DNA of 64,000 nt from an uncultured Synechococcaceae cyanobacterium (lineage in GTDB: Bacteria; Cyanobacteriota; Cyanobacteriia; PCC-6307; Cyanobiaceae). Positions within the stretch are counted from its first letter, which is position 1, and each line of letters opens with the position of its first letter. Shown here one piece after another: positions 31,272-43,069 of the stretch. The DNA lies in assembly GCA_902571355.1 (NCBI GenBank), contig CACGBL010000001.1:13803-77802 (forward strand). The letters run 5' to 3'. Made by a program: the position numbers and the translations under genes. The notes beneath the pieces were generated by a model. It was not told where the DNA came from and ran no database searches. It saw nothing but the letters and a program-made list of their open reading frames with translations.

Positions 31272-32471
31272 ATGGCTCGCGAGAAGTTCGAAAGAAACAA
31301 ACCACATGTCAACATAGGTACTATTGGCCATGTTGACCATGGAAAAACAACACTAACAGCTGCTATTACAAATGTATTAGCTAAAAAAGGTCAAGCTCAA
31401 GCTCAAGACTATGGAGACATTGATGGTGCTCCTGAAGAAAGAGAGCGTGGTATTACCATTAATACTGCTCATGTTGAATATGAAACTGAAGGCAGACATT
31501 ATGCTCATGTCGATTGCCCAGGTCATGCTGATTATGTGAAAAATATGATCACAGGGGCCGCACAAATGGATGGAGCAATTCTAGTTTGCGCAGCTACAGA
31601 TGGTCCTATGGCTCAAACAAAAGAGCATATTCTATTAGCCAAACAGGTTGGAGTTCCTGCTCTAGTGGTTGCTCTAAATAAGTGCGATATGGTCGATGAT
31701 GAAGAAATTATTGAACTTGTCGAAATGGAAATTAGGGAACTTTTAGATAGTTATGACTTCCCCGGAGATGACATTCCTATAGTTCAAGTTTCAGGCTTAA
31801 AAGCTCTCGAAGGTGATTCTACTTGGGAATCAAAGATTGAGGAATTAATGAAAGCAGTTGACGCTAGCATTCCTGAACCAGAAAGAGAAGTTGATAAACC
31901 ATTCTTGATGGCAGTTGAAGATGTTTTCTCGATTACTGGTAGAGGTACTGTTGCTACTGGAAGAATTGAAAGAGGTAAAGTTAAGGTTGGAGAAGAAGTA
32001 GAAATAGTTGGAATAAGAGACACAAGACTAACAACTGTTACTGGAGTTGAAATGTTCCGAAAACTTCTTGATGAAGGAATGGCTGGTGATAATGTTGGTT
32101 TACTTTTAAGGGGTGTCCAGAAAGAAGATATTGAGAGAGGAATGGTTCTTGTGAAGAAAGGATCTATTACTCCTCATACTCAGTTTGAAGGAGAAGTTTA
32201 TGTTCTCAAAAAAGAAGAGGGCGGAAGACATACTCCTTTCTTTGCAGGATATAGACCCCAGTTTTACATCAGAACCACTGATGTGACAGGTCAAATAACA
32301 GCGTTTACCTCAGATGATGGCTCTAATGTTGAAATGGTGATGCCAGGAGACAGAATTAAGATGACTGGAGAACTAATTTGTCCAGTAGCTATCGAACAAG
32401 GTATGAGATTCGCTATACGTGAAGGTGGGCGTACTATCGGTGCTGGAGTTGTTTCTAAAATTCTCAAATAA
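31272..32471 (+). CDS. tuf: Elongation factor Tu
   Basis: [24 protein letters not shown]. Confidence 0.99.
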
Positions 32472-32524
32472 TAAATTTGAATTTTAAAAATTTAACCACA
32501 ATCATCTAATATAGGTTTATGGAT

Positions 32525-32551
32525 AAGGGTCATTTTAATCAATGACCCTTT
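32525..32551 (+). terminator. Stem-loop between tuf and rpsJ (terminator or mRNA stabiliser)
   Basis: AAGGGTCATT-TTAATC-AATGACCCTT perfect 10-bp stem; short U tail. Confidence 0.65.
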
Positions 32552-32571
32552 ACTAAAAGTTATTTGAAACT

Positions 32572-32892
32572 ATGACTGCATCAATTGCACAACAAAAAAT
32601 AAGAATAAGGCTCAAAGCATTTGATAGAAGAATGCTTGATTTGTCTTGCGACAAAATCATCCAAACTGCTGATACTACCTCTGCCTCAGCTATAGGTCCA
32701 ATACCTTTACCTACAAAAAGGAAGATTTATTGTGTTTTAAGATCACCACATGTTGATAAAGATTCTAGAGAGCATTTTGAAACAAGAACACATCGAAGAA
32801 TCATAGATATTTACAGTCCTTCTGCAAAAACTATTGATGCTTTAATGAAATTAGATCTTCCTAGTGGTGTAGATATAGAAGTTAAGCTTTAA
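32572..32892 (+). CDS. rpsJ: 30S ribosomal protein S10
   Basis: [31 protein letters not shown]. Confidence 0.99.
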   Translation: MTASIAQQKIRIRLKAFDRRMLDLSCDKIIQTADTTSASAIGPIPLPTKRKIYCVLRSPHVDKDSREHFETRTHRRIIDIYSPSAKTIDALMKLDLPSGVDIEVKL

Positions 32893-32948
32893 TAAATCCC
32901 GAAACCGCACTAAATTGATTAGTATAAAAAAAATGAAATGAGGTTTAA

Positions 32949-33605
32949 ATGGGAGAACTCTCAGTAAGGGAATTACCTTTATTTCCTTTGCCAGAGGTGG
33001 TCCTTTTTCCTCAAGAAGTATTGCCTTTACATATTTTTGAATCGAGATATAGGATTATGCTTCAATCTGTTCTTGAAAGTGACTCTATGTTTGGAGTGGT
33101 TAAGTGGGATCCAACTACTAAAAGTATGGCTAATGTTGGATGTTGCGCACAAATTTTAAAACATCAAACTGCAGAGGATGGGAGAAGCAATATTATCACT
33201 CTCGGCCAACAAAGATTTCAAGTCTTAGAAATTACCCGTTCGACGCCATTTTGTTCTGCGATGGTTAGTTGGATTAGTGATCATAATATTGATGACTTTC
33301 AAAAATTAGATTCACTAAAAGATTCAGTAAAAGAAGCTCTTAGTGATGTTATTAATTTAACGAGTAAATTGACTAATACCAAAAAAAATCTACCTGATAA
33401 ATTACCTGACAACCCAATGGACTTATCATTTTGGATAGGAGCTCATTTGGGCGGTCCTGTTGCGGAAGAACAGCAAAGACTTCTTGAAGAGAGAAATACT
33501 TTTACCCGTTTGCAAAGAGAATATGAAATGCTTGATCATACAAGAAAACAACTTGCAGCAAGAACAGCATTGAAAGAGAGTTTTCCTGATATAAAAGAAA
33601 ATTAA
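32949..33605 (+). CDS. LON peptidase substrate-binding domain protein
   Basis: LPLFPL..VVLFP...LPLHIFE.RYR.M; no AAA or protease domain. Confidence 0.9.
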   Translation: MGELSVRELPLFPLPEVVLFPQEVLPLHIFESRYRIMLQSVLESDSMFGVVKWDPTTKSMANVGCCAQILKHQTAEDGRSNIITLGQQRFQVLEITRSTPFCSAMVSWISDHNIDDFQKLDSLKDSVKEALSDVINLTSKLTNTKKNLPDKLPDNPMDLSFWIGAHLGGPVAEEQQRLLEERNTFTRLQREYEMLDHTRKQLAARTALKESFPDIKEN

Positions 33606-34541
33606 ATGTTTGAATTATTATTCCCTTTTTTTTTAATATTTTTATTGCTTCTATTTCTAGTAATAATATGGAGAAAAAATGCTAGAAAATATATCACTTC
33701 CAGTACAGTAGCCTCTGCATATGATGCTTGGACCCAGGATAAATTACTTGAGAGATTATGGGGAGAACATATCCATTTGGGTTTTTATCCCTCAGGGCAA
33801 AAAAATATTGATTTTAGAAAGGCTAAAGTTCAGTTTGTTCATGAACTAGTCAAATGGAGTGGTTTAGATAAATTACCACAGGGATCAAGAATTCTTGATG
33901 TAGGTTGTGGAATAGGGGGAAGTTCTAGGATTCTTGCAGAATATTATGGGTTTAATGTCACTGGCATTACAATTAGTCAGGCTCAAGTTAAAAGAGCAAG
34001 AGAACTTACTCCTGATGGGCTAAGTTGCAACTTCCAAGTTATGGATGCTTTGGATTTAAAATTTGAAGATGGATCATTTGATGCCATCTGGAGTGTTGAG
34101 GCTGGTGCACACATGAATGATAAAACTAGGTTTGCAGATGAAATGCTGAGAACTTTAAGACCTGGAGGGTATTTCGCGTTGGCTGATTGGAACTCAAGGG
34201 ACCTCGGGGCATACCCCCCTTCATTTTTTGAAAAGTTAGTTCTTAAACAATTACTTGAACAATGGGTACATCCTAATTTTATTAGCATTAACGAATTTAG
34301 TAACATTCTTAGAAATAACGAAAATAGTTCAGGAAGAGTTATTTCTGAAAATTGGAATTCCTATACAAATCCTTCATGGTACGACTCCATTATTGAAGGC
34401 ATTCGAAGGCCCTTCGTAATTTTGTCACTTGGCCCATTTGCGATAGTTAAGTCGATTAGAGAAATCCCAACAATACTTCTCATGAATTGGGCTTTTAGAA
34501 AAGGTTTAATGGAGTTTGGAATTTATAAATGTAGAGGGTAA
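33606..34541 (+). CDS. SAM-dependent methyltransferase, MPBQ/gamma-tocopherol methyltransferase family
   Basis: LWGEHIHLG.Y, ILDVGCGIGGSSR, WSVEAG.HM. Confidence 0.88.
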   Translation: MFELLFPFFLIFLLLLFLVIIWRKNARKYITSSTVASAYDAWTQDKLLERLWGEHIHLGFYPSGQKNIDFRKAKVQFVHELVKWSGLDKLPQGSRILDVGCGIGGSSRILAEYYGFNVTGITISQAQVKRARELTPDGLSCNFQVMDALDLKFEDGSFDAIWSVEAGAHMNDKTRFADEMLRTLRPGGYFALADWNSRDLGAYPPSFFEKLVLKQLLEQWVHPNFISINEFSNILRNNENSSGRVISENWNSYTNPSWYDSIIEGIRRPFVILSLGPFAIVKSIREIPTILLMNWAFRKGLMEFGIYKCRG

Positions 34542-34542
34542 A

Positions 34543-35388
34543 TTAATCTAGTTCAACATTTTCAGAAAAATAATTTCCGAAGTCTACAAAATTCTTGCAA
34601 AGTGGATTTAACTTATTTTTTAATTCAAGAAAATTTTTAATGTTATTTTGATCATTGATTTCTAAATCAATATAAATTATATATTCACCTAATTCTCTTT
34701 TTGAAGGTCTCGATTCAATTTTACTCATATTAAATCCAAAATCTGCAATATAATTTATAGCTTTTAGCAAAGAACCTGGTTTATTTGAAATTAATGAGAA
34801 AGCAAAACTGGCAATATTAGCTAAATTTGAATTTGATTCCTTGCTCAATAAAACAAATCTAGTGCAATTTCCTGGAACATCATTAATAGGAAAGGCTAAT
34901 TCTTTAAGTCCTTCAATTTGAATTAAAGATTTTGAACCGATAGCGGCTCTGAATTTACTCCCCTTGATCATATTTACAGCTTCTGATGTTGAATTTGTGG
35001 GTAGAGGAATTGCATTTGGAAGATTCTCAGATAACCATTCTGAGCATTGAGCTAATGCTTGAGGATGAGATAATACTTCTGAAATGTTTGAAAGTTCTCC
35101 ATCACTAATTAATGCATGTTTTATAGGTAAAACAATTGCTTTATTTATAAAAATTTCAGGGAATTTCCAAAGGGCATCTAGAGTAGCTGTAACTGCCCCT
35201 TCTACAGAATTTTCTATAGGTACTACAGCAGCATCACAATTGTTGTACGCTATTGATTTAATGACCGAATGTAACCCATTACATGGTACAAATATAGGTG
35301 TCTGAAAATTGGCAAGCTTTGATAATATATGGGCTGCTTTTTCTGCGTATGTTCCTTGAGGACCTAAATATGCAACTTGTTTGCGCAT
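34543..35388 (-). CDS. pheA: Prephenate dehydratase
   Basis: AYLGP.GT, VPIENS.EG, SHPQALAQC, TRF, IESRP (ACT domain). Confidence 0.96.
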   Translation of the reverse strand: MRKQVAYLGPQGTYAEKAAHILSKLANFQTPIFVPCNGLHSVIKSIAYNNCDAAVVPIENSVEGAVTATLDALWKFPEIFINKAIVLPIKHALISDGELSNISEVLSHPQALAQCSEWLSENLPNAIPLPTNSTSEAVNMIKGSKFRAAIGSKSLIQIEGLKELAFPINDVPGNCTRFVLLSKESNSNLANIASFAFSLISNKPGSLLKAINYIADFGFNMSKIESRPSKRELGEYIIYIDLEINDQNNIKNFLELKNKLNPLCKNFVDFGNYFSENVELD

Positions 35389-35440
35389 GATTAATTGTAA
35401 AAAAAAAAGAGATCAAATAAGCATTGGAGGAATATAGAAA

Positions 35441-35959
35441 ATGCTATTGTCTTTTGATGCTAAACAGAAACTCAAGCTTTCTGTAACACGTAATAAAGAA
35501 TATCTTTCTAAATATCTTTTGGAAGAAGAAAGAGTTGTTGGAGCAATGCTTGACTCCAAAAAATTAGTACCAGAAGGAGTAGGTAGATATAAGTATACAG
35601 TAACAAGTTTTAAGGTTTTTCAATTAGATATTAACCCTGTTGTCTCAATTGCGGTAGAAAATAAAGATGGAATTTTAAAAATGAGTGCCCTCGAAAGTAC
35701 ATTGGATGGTTTGGGGATGATAGATGATTTTAATCTTATTTTGAAAGCGAATTTGGAAGCAACTGAGGTTGGTTTAGAAGGTGAGGCGCTTCTTGGAGTA
35801 TCTGTAAGCCAACCCTCTCTCCTGAAGCTTGTACCAAGGAAAATTTTGGAATCTACTGGTCATTCGGTATTAAATGGGATTCTGTTGGGTATAAAGTCAA
35901 GAGTTCAACAGCAACTCGTAAAAGATTTTTTAAATTGGTGTGAATTAAATAAGATTTGA
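35441..35959 (+). CDS. Conserved cyanobacterial protein (DUF1997-like)
   Basis: 172-aa ORF between pheA and rnhB; family recalled from resemblance and synteny. Confidence 0.75.
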   Translation: MLLSFDAKQKLKLSVTRNKEYLSKYLLEEERVVGAMLDSKKLVPEGVGRYKYTVTSFKVFQLDINPVVSIAVENKDGILKMSALESTLDGLGMIDDFNLILKANLEATEVGLEGEALLGVSVSQPSLLKLVPRKILESTGHSVLNGILLGIKSRVQQQLVKDFLNWCELNKI

Positions 35960-36562
35960 TTTCTTTAAAAAACTTTTCCTATGAAGTTTAGTTATTCCAT
36001 TTTTTTTTATTAATGAAAGATGCTCTCTGGTTCCATAACCTTTATTTTTAAATATCAAGTATCCTGAGTATTTTTTTTCTAACCTCTCCATTAGATTGTC
36101 GCGAGAAACTTTGGCAACTATGCTTGCTGAAGCTATCGAGATAAACTTTGAGTCTCCAGATATTATGTTTTTCTGAATTCCGTCCCATGGCCTTAATAAT
36201 AAGGGACCATCAATTATTAATTCAGATGGCTTTTCTTTTAATTTTTTTAAAGCTCTTATCATTGAAAGTTCTGTCGCACCCCTGATACCTAACTTATCTA
36301 TTTCTCTGGCCGAAGATTGCCCAATTCCATAATCTGAAGAGAGTAATAAAATTTTTGATAAAAGTAATTTTCTCTTTTTGGGAGTTAGTTTTTTACTATC
36401 TGTTACTCCAAATTGTTTTAAGATTAATTTATTTTTTTCAGTTAATACTACAGCTGCTGCAAAAACTGGACCAAAAATTGCTCCTCTTCCAACTTCATCT
36501 ATTCCAACTTCGAATACTTTATTCAATGCTTGCTGAAGATCTTCTTCTTTTTTTTCTTGCAT
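35945..36562 (-). CDS. rnhB: Ribonuclease HII
   Basis: [32 protein letters not shown]. Confidence 0.96.
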   Translation of the reverse strand: MQEKKEEDLQQALNKVFEVGIDEVGRGAIFGPVFAAAVVLTEKNKLILKQFGVTDSKKLTPKKRKLLLSKILLLSSDYGIGQSSAREIDKLGIRGATELSMIRALKKLKEKPSELIIDGPLLLRPWDGIQKNIISGDSKFISIASASIVAKVSRDNLMERLEKKYSGYLIFKNKGYGTREHLSLIKKNGITKLHRKSFLKKSNLI

Positions 36563-38324
36563 TGTTTAGCTCATCTGTAAGTTCAATTTCATCCTTTTTA
36601 TCTGTAAATACAACTTCATTAGTTTCATTTGTTGATTTATCTTTGGAATTTGCATTTGCTTCAATTTTAATTTGAATCTTATCTTTTCCCGATTTTGAGA
36701 TTTTTTTAATTTGTTTTGCGTTTGTTTTTTTATTATCTAATGGTTTTTCGGTTTCTTTATTACTTTCTTTTAAACGCACAAAATTATTGCTGGTGAGATA
36801 TTCTTTACCTAGCTTTATAAGTGGATTAATACCTAATTGACTGAAAACAATTTTTTCTTGATTTGTAAGATCAACTGTTATTATATTTTTTTCTTTTGAA
36901 TTTGATTGGTTCAAATTATCATTCTCTTTTTCTTTTTTATTGGAAGAATTCTCTTTACTTAGGTCTTTGGAGTTAATTAATTCCTTGTCAATTATTTTTT
37001 CCTGCTCATCAGTTGATTGATAAGTATCTAAAGCTTTTAGATTGTTTGATTGATTAGATTCATTTTCAATATTTTTAATTTTGATGTTAGAAATTTCGTG
37101 ATTTAAAATATTTTCTACCTGTCCGGTACCATCGCATGTAGAACATTTTTTACCGAATAATTCATATATATTTTGACCTTGTCTTTTTCTGGTTAACTCT
37201 ACTAAGCCTAATTCAGTAAGCTGAGCTATTTGAGGCCTAGCAGAATCATCTTTTATTGCTGAGGTAAAATGCTCAAGTAACTGAAATTGATCTCTTCTAG
37301 ATTCCATATCAATAAAATCTATTACTATAACTCCGCCAATATTTCTTAATTTCATTTGCCTTGAGATTTCAACTGCTGCTTCGCAGTTTGTCCACAAAAC
37401 TGTTTGTCTTGAGTTTGCGGATCTTGTAAATGATCCAGAGTTTACATCGATTACTGTTAAAGCTTCAGTAGGTTCGATAATGATATAACCGCCAGAAGGA
37501 AGATCTACTCTCGGCTGGAGAGCTTTTTGAATAGTCTTCTTAATTTCGTACTTTTCGAAAATATGTTGGTTTAGACTGTTATCGTGAAATTCAATATCTA
37601 TATCAGATTCATAATTTATTAAAAAATCTTTTGCCCTTGCAACTGAAAATTTACTATCAATAATTATGCTTTTAGTTGATTCTTTAATATAATCTCTCAA
37701 GATCTTAAGAGAGAAATCATCATCTCTTTTTATTAAATTTGGCGGATTAGAAGCTTCAGAGACTTTTATTATATTTTCCCATTGTTGAGTTAATTGTTCT
37801 AAATCTTCAATTAGAAGTTCTTCTTTTATTTTTTCAGCCTCTGTTCTAAATAACAAGCCTGTGCTGGGTGGTTTTATTAAAACCCCAAGAGCTTTCAAAC
37901 GGCTTCGTTCTGTTTCTGTATTTATTTTTCTTGAAATATTTACTCCTTGGCCATATGGCTGTAATATCAGGTATTTTCCTGGAATTGAAATACTCCCGGT
38001 TAGTCTGGGACCTTTAGATCCTGTGGGTTCCTTTATTACCTGTACTAGAACTTTTTGTTTTGGTTCTAGTAATTCAGTTATTCCAAATGTCCCTTTTTTA
38101 AGTCTAAGTGGACCTAAATCTGAAACATGGATGAATCCATTTTTCTCACTTTCTCCAATATTTATAAAAGCGGCATCAATGCCAGGGAGAACATTTTCAA
38201 CTGTTCCTAAAAAAATATCGCCAACTTGATATTGACCTTGTGCGACGACTAATTCATCAACTCGATCATCTGTGAGTAGTGCTGCTATTCGAGCCTGCTC
38301 AGCGATGATTATTTGCTGAGACAT
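36519..38324 (-). CDS. rne: Ribonuclease E
   Basis: S1 domain, [18 protein letters not shown]; cyanobacterial C-terminal RRRSSA motif; operon with rnhB. Confidence 0.96.
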   Translation of the reverse strand: MSQQIIIAEQARIAALLTDDRVDELVVAQGQYQVGDIFLGTVENVLPGIDAAFINIGESEKNGFIHVSDLGPLRLKKGTFGITELLEPKQKVLVQVIKEPTGSKGPRLTGSISIPGKYLILQPYGQGVNISRKINTETERSRLKALGVLIKPPSTGLLFRTEAEKIKEELLIEDLEQLTQQWENIIKVSEASNPPNLIKRDDDFSLKILRDYIKESTKSIIIDSKFSVARAKDFLINYESDIDIEFHDNSLNQHIFEKYEIKKTIQKALQPRVDLPSGGYIIIEPTEALTVIDVNSGSFTRSANSRQTVLWTNCEAAVEISRQMKLRNIGGVIVIDFIDMESRRDQFQLLEHFTSAIKDDSARPQIAQLTELGLVELTRKRQGQNIYELFGKKCSTCDGTGQVENILNHEISNIKIKNIENESNQSNNLKALDTYQSTDEQEKIIDKELINSKDLSKENSSNKKEKENDNLNQSNSKEKNIITVDLTNQEKIVFSQLGINPLIKLGKEYLTSNNFVRLKESNKETEKPLDNKKTNAKQIKKISKSGKDKIQIKIEANANSKDKSTNETNEVVFTDKKDEIELTDELNNARKKRRRSSASIE

Positions 38325-38618
38325 ATAATTGATTCTGAATGATTTGGATTTTGAAAATTTTCTAAATTAAAGAATTAGCTTTTATCTTTTGGTAAAGCTT
38401 TTTAGCTATTAATATTTACTTTTTAGAAATTAATAAAGTTAATAGTGATTAAATTCTGCTGTTTATAAAGCTTTAAACGATTTTCAAACTAATTGAAATT
38501 GATTTCACAGCTATGATTATCTCTTAAATTAATCATAACTAATGTAATTTTAACATCTAATCACCACTAAAGCACGTTAATACATTATTCTAAGTACTGG
38601 TGAAATTTTTTATCTAAA

Positions 38619-39845
38619 GTGGTTCAAGTAAACGAAAATTATTTAAAACTCAAAGCAGGCTATTTATTCCCTGAAATTGCTAAAAGGGTAAAAATGTATT
38701 CTCAATCAAATAAGAGTGCTGAAATTATTAAGCTTGGTATAGGAGATGTTACAGAACCATTACCTAGAGCATGCATAGAGGCTATGGGTAAAGCTCTAGA
38801 TGAAATGGGAACAACAGACGGTTTCAGAGGTTATGGACCAGAACAAGGTTATTCTTGGCTGAGAGAAAAAATATCTGAGAATGATTTTATTTCTAGAGGC
38901 TGTCAAATCTCTCCTGAAGAAATTTTTGTTTCTGATGGTTCAAAGTGCGATAGTAGCAATATTTTAGATATTCTTGGCAAAGATAATTCAATTGCTGTAA
39001 CTGATCCTGTTTACCCAGTATATGTGGATAGTAACGTTATGACAGGCAGAACTGGTGATTCTCTTGAAAATGGAACTTATAAAGGATTGACATATCTTGC
39101 AATTAACGAGGGGAATAATTTTCTGCCAGAACTACCTGAAAAAAAAGTTGATATTTTATATCTTTGTTTTCCTAATAATCCGACTGGAGCAACGATTAAT
39201 AAAGCAGATTTGAAAAAGTGGGTTGACTATGCTCTTCAAAACAAATCCCTTATACTTTTTGATGCAGCTTATGAAGCATTTATTCAAGATAATGATATTC
39301 CACATTCAATATATGAGATTGAGGGAGCAAAGGATTGTGCTATTGAATTTAGATCTTTTTCAAAGAATGCAGGATTTACTGGAGTTAGATGTGCTTTTAC
39401 AGTAATACCTAAAAATCTCAAAGGTTTGAGCTCAACAAATGAGGAAATAGGGTTATGGCCTCTTTGGAATAGGAGACAATCTACAAAGTTCAATGGAGTT
39501 AGTTATGTGGTTCAGAAAGGAGCAGAGGCTGTTTATTCTCTTGAAGGGAAGAAACAGGTGAGAGGTTTAATTGATTTTTATATGGAAAATGCAAAAATAA
39601 TGAAAAATAAACTTCAGAATTCAGGATATAAAGTTTATGGTGGGGACAATGCTCCTTATATCTGGATTAAAGTTCCAGATCAAATGTCATCTTGGGACTT
39701 TTTTGATTTCCTTCTCCAAAAAGTTAGTGTAGTGGGAACACCTGGGAGCGGATTTGGATTAGCAGGAGAGGGTTATTTTCGTTTGTCAGCTTTTAACTCA
39801 CGATCAAACGTTCTTGATGCGATGGAAAGAATAATTAATATATAA
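38619..39845 (+). CDS. dapL: LL-diaminopimelate aminotransferase
   Basis: [32 protein letters not shown]. Confidence 0.96.
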   Translation: MVQVNENYLKLKAGYLFPEIAKRVKMYSQSNKSAEIIKLGIGDVTEPLPRACIEAMGKALDEMGTTDGFRGYGPEQGYSWLREKISENDFISRGCQISPEEIFVSDGSKCDSSNILDILGKDNSIAVTDPVYPVYVDSNVMTGRTGDSLENGTYKGLTYLAINEGNNFLPELPEKKVDILYLCFPNNPTGATINKADLKKWVDYALQNKSLILFDAAYEAFIQDNDIPHSIYEIEGAKDCAIEFRSFSKNAGFTGVRCAFTVIPKNLKGLSSTNEEIGLWPLWNRRQSTKFNGVSYVVQKGAEAVYSLEGKKQVRGLIDFYMENAKIMKNKLQNSGYKVYGGDNAPYIWIKVPDQMSSWDFFDFLLQKVSVVGTPGSGFGLAGEGYFRLSAFNSRSNVLDAMERIINI

Positions 39846-39877
39846 TTATTAGTACAATCTAAACTCTAATAAATTTA

Positions 39878-40195
39878 ATGCTATCTATAAAGTTAGAAAA
39901 GGGTGTAAATAATAATTCAGCAGTGATTGAAAAGAAACCTGCTGAATTAAAAAATAAATCTCCAAAATATAAGGTTTTACTTCATAATGACCCAGTTAAT
40001 TCTATGGAGTATGTCACTATTTCACTTCGAGAAGTTGTGCCGCAATTAAGCGAACAAGATGCTATCGCTATAATGCTTGAAGCACACAATACTGGTATAG
40101 GTTTAGTAATTGTTTGTGATTTAGAGCCTGCAGAATTCTACTCAGAATCTTTAAAATCTAAAGGAATTTCTAGTTCAATTGAGAAAGAGGATTAA
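39878..40195 (+). CDS. clpS: Clp protease adaptor ClpS
   Basis: YKVLLHNDPVNSMEYV, MLEAH..G. Confidence 0.93.
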   Translation: MLSIKLEKGVNNNSAVIEKKPAELKNKSPKYKVLLHNDPVNSMEYVTISLREVVPQLSEQDAIAIMLEAHNTGIGLVIVCDLEPAEFYSESLKSKGISSSIEKED

Positions 40196-40210
40196 TAACG
40201 ATTGTATTTG

Positions 40211-41830
40211 TTATTTAGAATGAGTTAATTTCCTTTCTGATAAGGGACGGACTTTTAGGGAATCTTTTAAGGAGGACTTTCCATATTCTCTCTCAAGAAT
40301 GTCGATAACTGTTTTGCCAAATTCGTCTTCTGGATTATCAAAAGCTTCTAAGCAAACCTGACCAAGTTTTTCCCCTAGTAAGCCTGGATTCCATAGAAGT
40401 TTTCTCGCTGTCCAGGGCATCATGCTCATTGGGTTATAATTTGGTTTCAAAATTTTATGTTCCAAGGCGTACTTCTCAAGAAGAGTGTGAGGTTGCAAAC
40501 CTATAAAGAATATAGCTGGATCAACTAAGCCTTTACCAAAAATATTTTCTAATTCTCTATGGTAAGCAATTGTTTGTCTTATAGTGCTAGGCGTTTCATC
40601 AAAAACATTAAATGAATAATTGACTGAAACATGATTCTTGAAACCTGATTTGACTAGCATTCTGCAATTATTTAATACAGTTTCAAGGTCATACGCTAAT
40701 CTCATTTTTCTAACAAGTTCTTGAGATCCCGAGGTGATACCTATTTCAAAATAGCTCATACCTGTATCAACCATAAGCTGAGCTAGCTCAGAATCAATAT
40801 TATCTGCTCTGATGTATGCAGCCCAATTTATATCGTTCCAGCCTTGGTCCTTAATTGCTCGCAAAAGTGTTTTTGCATCTTCAATATGTTTTTTGGCTGG
40901 AATAAATTGTGCATCTGTAAACCAAAATCCTCTTACTCCAAGATCATATAATTGCTTCATTTCTTTGATTACTTCCTTAACAGGATTAACGCGAACTTGC
41001 TTCCCCTCCACAACTGTGTAAACACAGAAACAACAATTATGAGGACAACCTCTTTTTGTTTGTACCCCTACATAATAATCGCCACCTTCTATGTACCAAT
41101 CAAATTCAGGCCATATTGATTGAATATATTTATAGTTACAGGCAGTTTTAATAGTTCCTGAGGGTTGTTCATGTATTAATTTGTTGCGAGGTTTTTGTCC
41201 AGCAACATAACATCTTTCTTCCTCTATTGAATCTCCTCTAATGATTTTTTCTATGAGATTTTCTCCCTCTCCAACTGAAATGACAGTTCCTATTGGGAGT
41301 AGATTTCCCAATTGTTCATAGAAGACACTAACAGCTCCACCCCCTAAAATTACTTTTACATTTTTATTGTATTTTTGAGCTCTTTTTAGTCCCATCTTGA
41401 CTAAAGAAGTATTTTTATATATTTCTCCATAATGAGATGCAATTAATTTTAATCCTCCCCAGGACCCTCTAATTTTTTTAAGTATATTTTTTGAGTAGAA
41501 AACTTCAAAAGAGTTTTGTAGGGGATTTCCACTTCTACCATCGACAGGTGCATAAATTTGTATATCTCTCCAAGAAAAAATGATTAGGTGTGGTCTAAAT
41601 TGATCAATTTTTCTAGCTAAATATTTGGAAACTTTATTAGATGGAATTATTGCTAGATCAATGAATTGCTGCTCTAAACATGGAAAACATTTATGAATAT
41701 GGTCAGCTAAATAAATAGGCCCTATTGGAAATATTGGATTACACGGTAGTCTTACAGTTAGTATTTTTCCATAGTGATTTCTTTGGTAATTTTTTTTATT
41801 TAATTTTTCAAGCTTCAAATTAAAAATCAT
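40211..41830 (-). CDS. Radical SAM protein with B12-binding-like N-terminus (PSII high-light acclimation, Slr0320-like)
   Basis: RLPCNPIFPIGP, RGCPHNCCFC (CxxxCxxC). Confidence 0.88.
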   Translation of the reverse strand: MIFNLKLEKLNKKNYQRNHYGKILTVRLPCNPIFPIGPIYLADHIHKCFPCLEQQFIDLAIIPSNKVSKYLARKIDQFRPHLIIFSWRDIQIYAPVDGRSGNPLQNSFEVFYSKNILKKIRGSWGGLKLIASHYGEIYKNTSLVKMGLKRAQKYNKNVKVILGGGAVSVFYEQLGNLLPIGTVISVGEGENLIEKIIRGDSIEEERCYVAGQKPRNKLIHEQPSGTIKTACNYKYIQSIWPEFDWYIEGGDYYVGVQTKRGCPHNCCFCVYTVVEGKQVRVNPVKEVIKEMKQLYDLGVRGFWFTDAQFIPAKKHIEDAKTLLRAIKDQGWNDINWAAYIRADNIDSELAQLMVDTGMSYFEIGITSGSQELVRKMRLAYDLETVLNNCRMLVKSGFKNHVSVNYSFNVFDETPSTIRQTIAYHRELENIFGKGLVDPAIFFIGLQPHTLLEKYALEHKILKPNYNPMSMMPWTARKLLWNPGLLGEKLGQVCLEAFDNPEDEFGKTVIDILEREYGKSSLKDSLKVRPLSERKLTHSK

Positions 41831-41936
41831 GCCATGAAATTTAATGAATTTATTTACTTTAAGAATCTAACTACTTTATTACTAATTTGGAGAAATTAAA
41901 AATCCTAATAAAATACTCGCGAAAATTTTATTTAAT

Positions 41937-43028
41937 TCAGATATCAGCAATCATATAAATCCAGCATACTTTGAGAAGTTTTAATCCATCAACCCATCTA
42001 GATATATTTGGTGCTCCAGATTTTCTAGCGTAATATCTAACAGGATAATTTAATATTTTAATGTTATTTTTCGCGGCTTCAAATATTATTGTAAAGTCTC
42101 CAAATGGGTCAGACTTGGAATCCCAACTTCCGTTTTGTTTCATAAGTTTAAAGAATTTTCTTGAAAAAACTTTTGTTCCACAGAGTGAATCTGATACAGG
42201 CTTATTTATGAGAATTGATAGAAAAATGGCGAAGAGTCGATTTCCTATATAATTTGCCCATCTCATAGCATCTTTTTCCATTGGAAAAGTTGTGCGGGCG
42301 CAATTAATTAAAATATTTTTATTTTTGGTTGATTCCATAATTGCTGCAATACTGTCATCAATATCTACCGTAAAATCACTATCAATTATGGCGAGGGTCT
42401 CACCTGAGGAAATATTAAACCCTTCCACGACTGCATTTTTCTTCCCTTTAGAAGTTTGTTTTAAGAGAGATATCTTGAAGAAATTTGAGAAATTTTCTTT
42501 TAATTCTTTTAAAATGTCATAAGTATTATCATTGCTATTACCTTCAACAAATATAATTTCTAATTTATTGGGTATATTTTTGAATTTATTTAAAGCATTA
42601 ATTAAAAGATCTTTATTACCAGCTTCATTTCTTGCAGGAATTACTATTGATATTAAATGTTCAGAAATATTTTCACTATATTTATAAAAAACTATTTCGA
42701 GTTCGTAAGCGAGTTGTTTTATGATTGGTATTTTCCGAAAAATATTTTTAATAGATTGTGGAATTACCTTGGTAGGCATAGGAGTTAGTTTTTTTGCTTT
42801 CCATCTAATTGATCTGTAGTTATAAATTTCTGCTAGAGATTCGATATCGCATAAAGTTATTCTTGCTTTGCTAGTAGTTTCTCTAAAAATTCTTGAATCT
42901 AATCTTAGCCATCTAGTGATTGGCTCCCAAGTATTACCACGGACTTTAACAGAAATAAATTCGTTATTGTCTTTGAATAATTTATGAAGTTTTTTATTAG
43001 TTAAATTCCAACTATTAACAGATTTCAT
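41937..43028 (-). CDS. GT2 glycosyltransferase with extra N-terminal region
   Basis: SIVIPARNEAGN, EGNS.D, DSD, DSLCGTK, DPFGDF. Confidence 0.88.
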   Translation of the reverse strand: MKSVNSWNLTNKKLHKLFKDNNEFISVKVRGNTWEPITRWLRLDSRIFRETTSKARITLCDIESLAEIYNYRSIRWKAKKLTPMPTKVIPQSIKNIFRKIPIIKQLAYELEIVFYKYSENISEHLISIVIPARNEAGNKDLLINALNKFKNIPNKLEIIFVEGNSNDNTYDILKELKENFSNFFKISLLKQTSKGKKNAVVEGFNISSGETLAIIDSDFTVDIDDSIAAIMESTKNKNILINCARTTFPMEKDAMRWANYIGNRLFAIFLSILINKPVSDSLCGTKVFSRKFFKLMKQNGSWDSKSDPFGDFTIIFEAAKNNIKILNYPVRYYARKSGAPNISRWVDGLKLLKVCWIYMIADI

Positions 43029-43069
43029 TATTTAAGATTATAAACGACAGTTAATTATATATTGATTAT

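Noticed and set aside
36519-36562. 44-bp overlap of rne and rnhB
   Set aside because: The rne-rnhB operon is a known cyanobacterial arrangement, and the rnhB start may lie further downstream.
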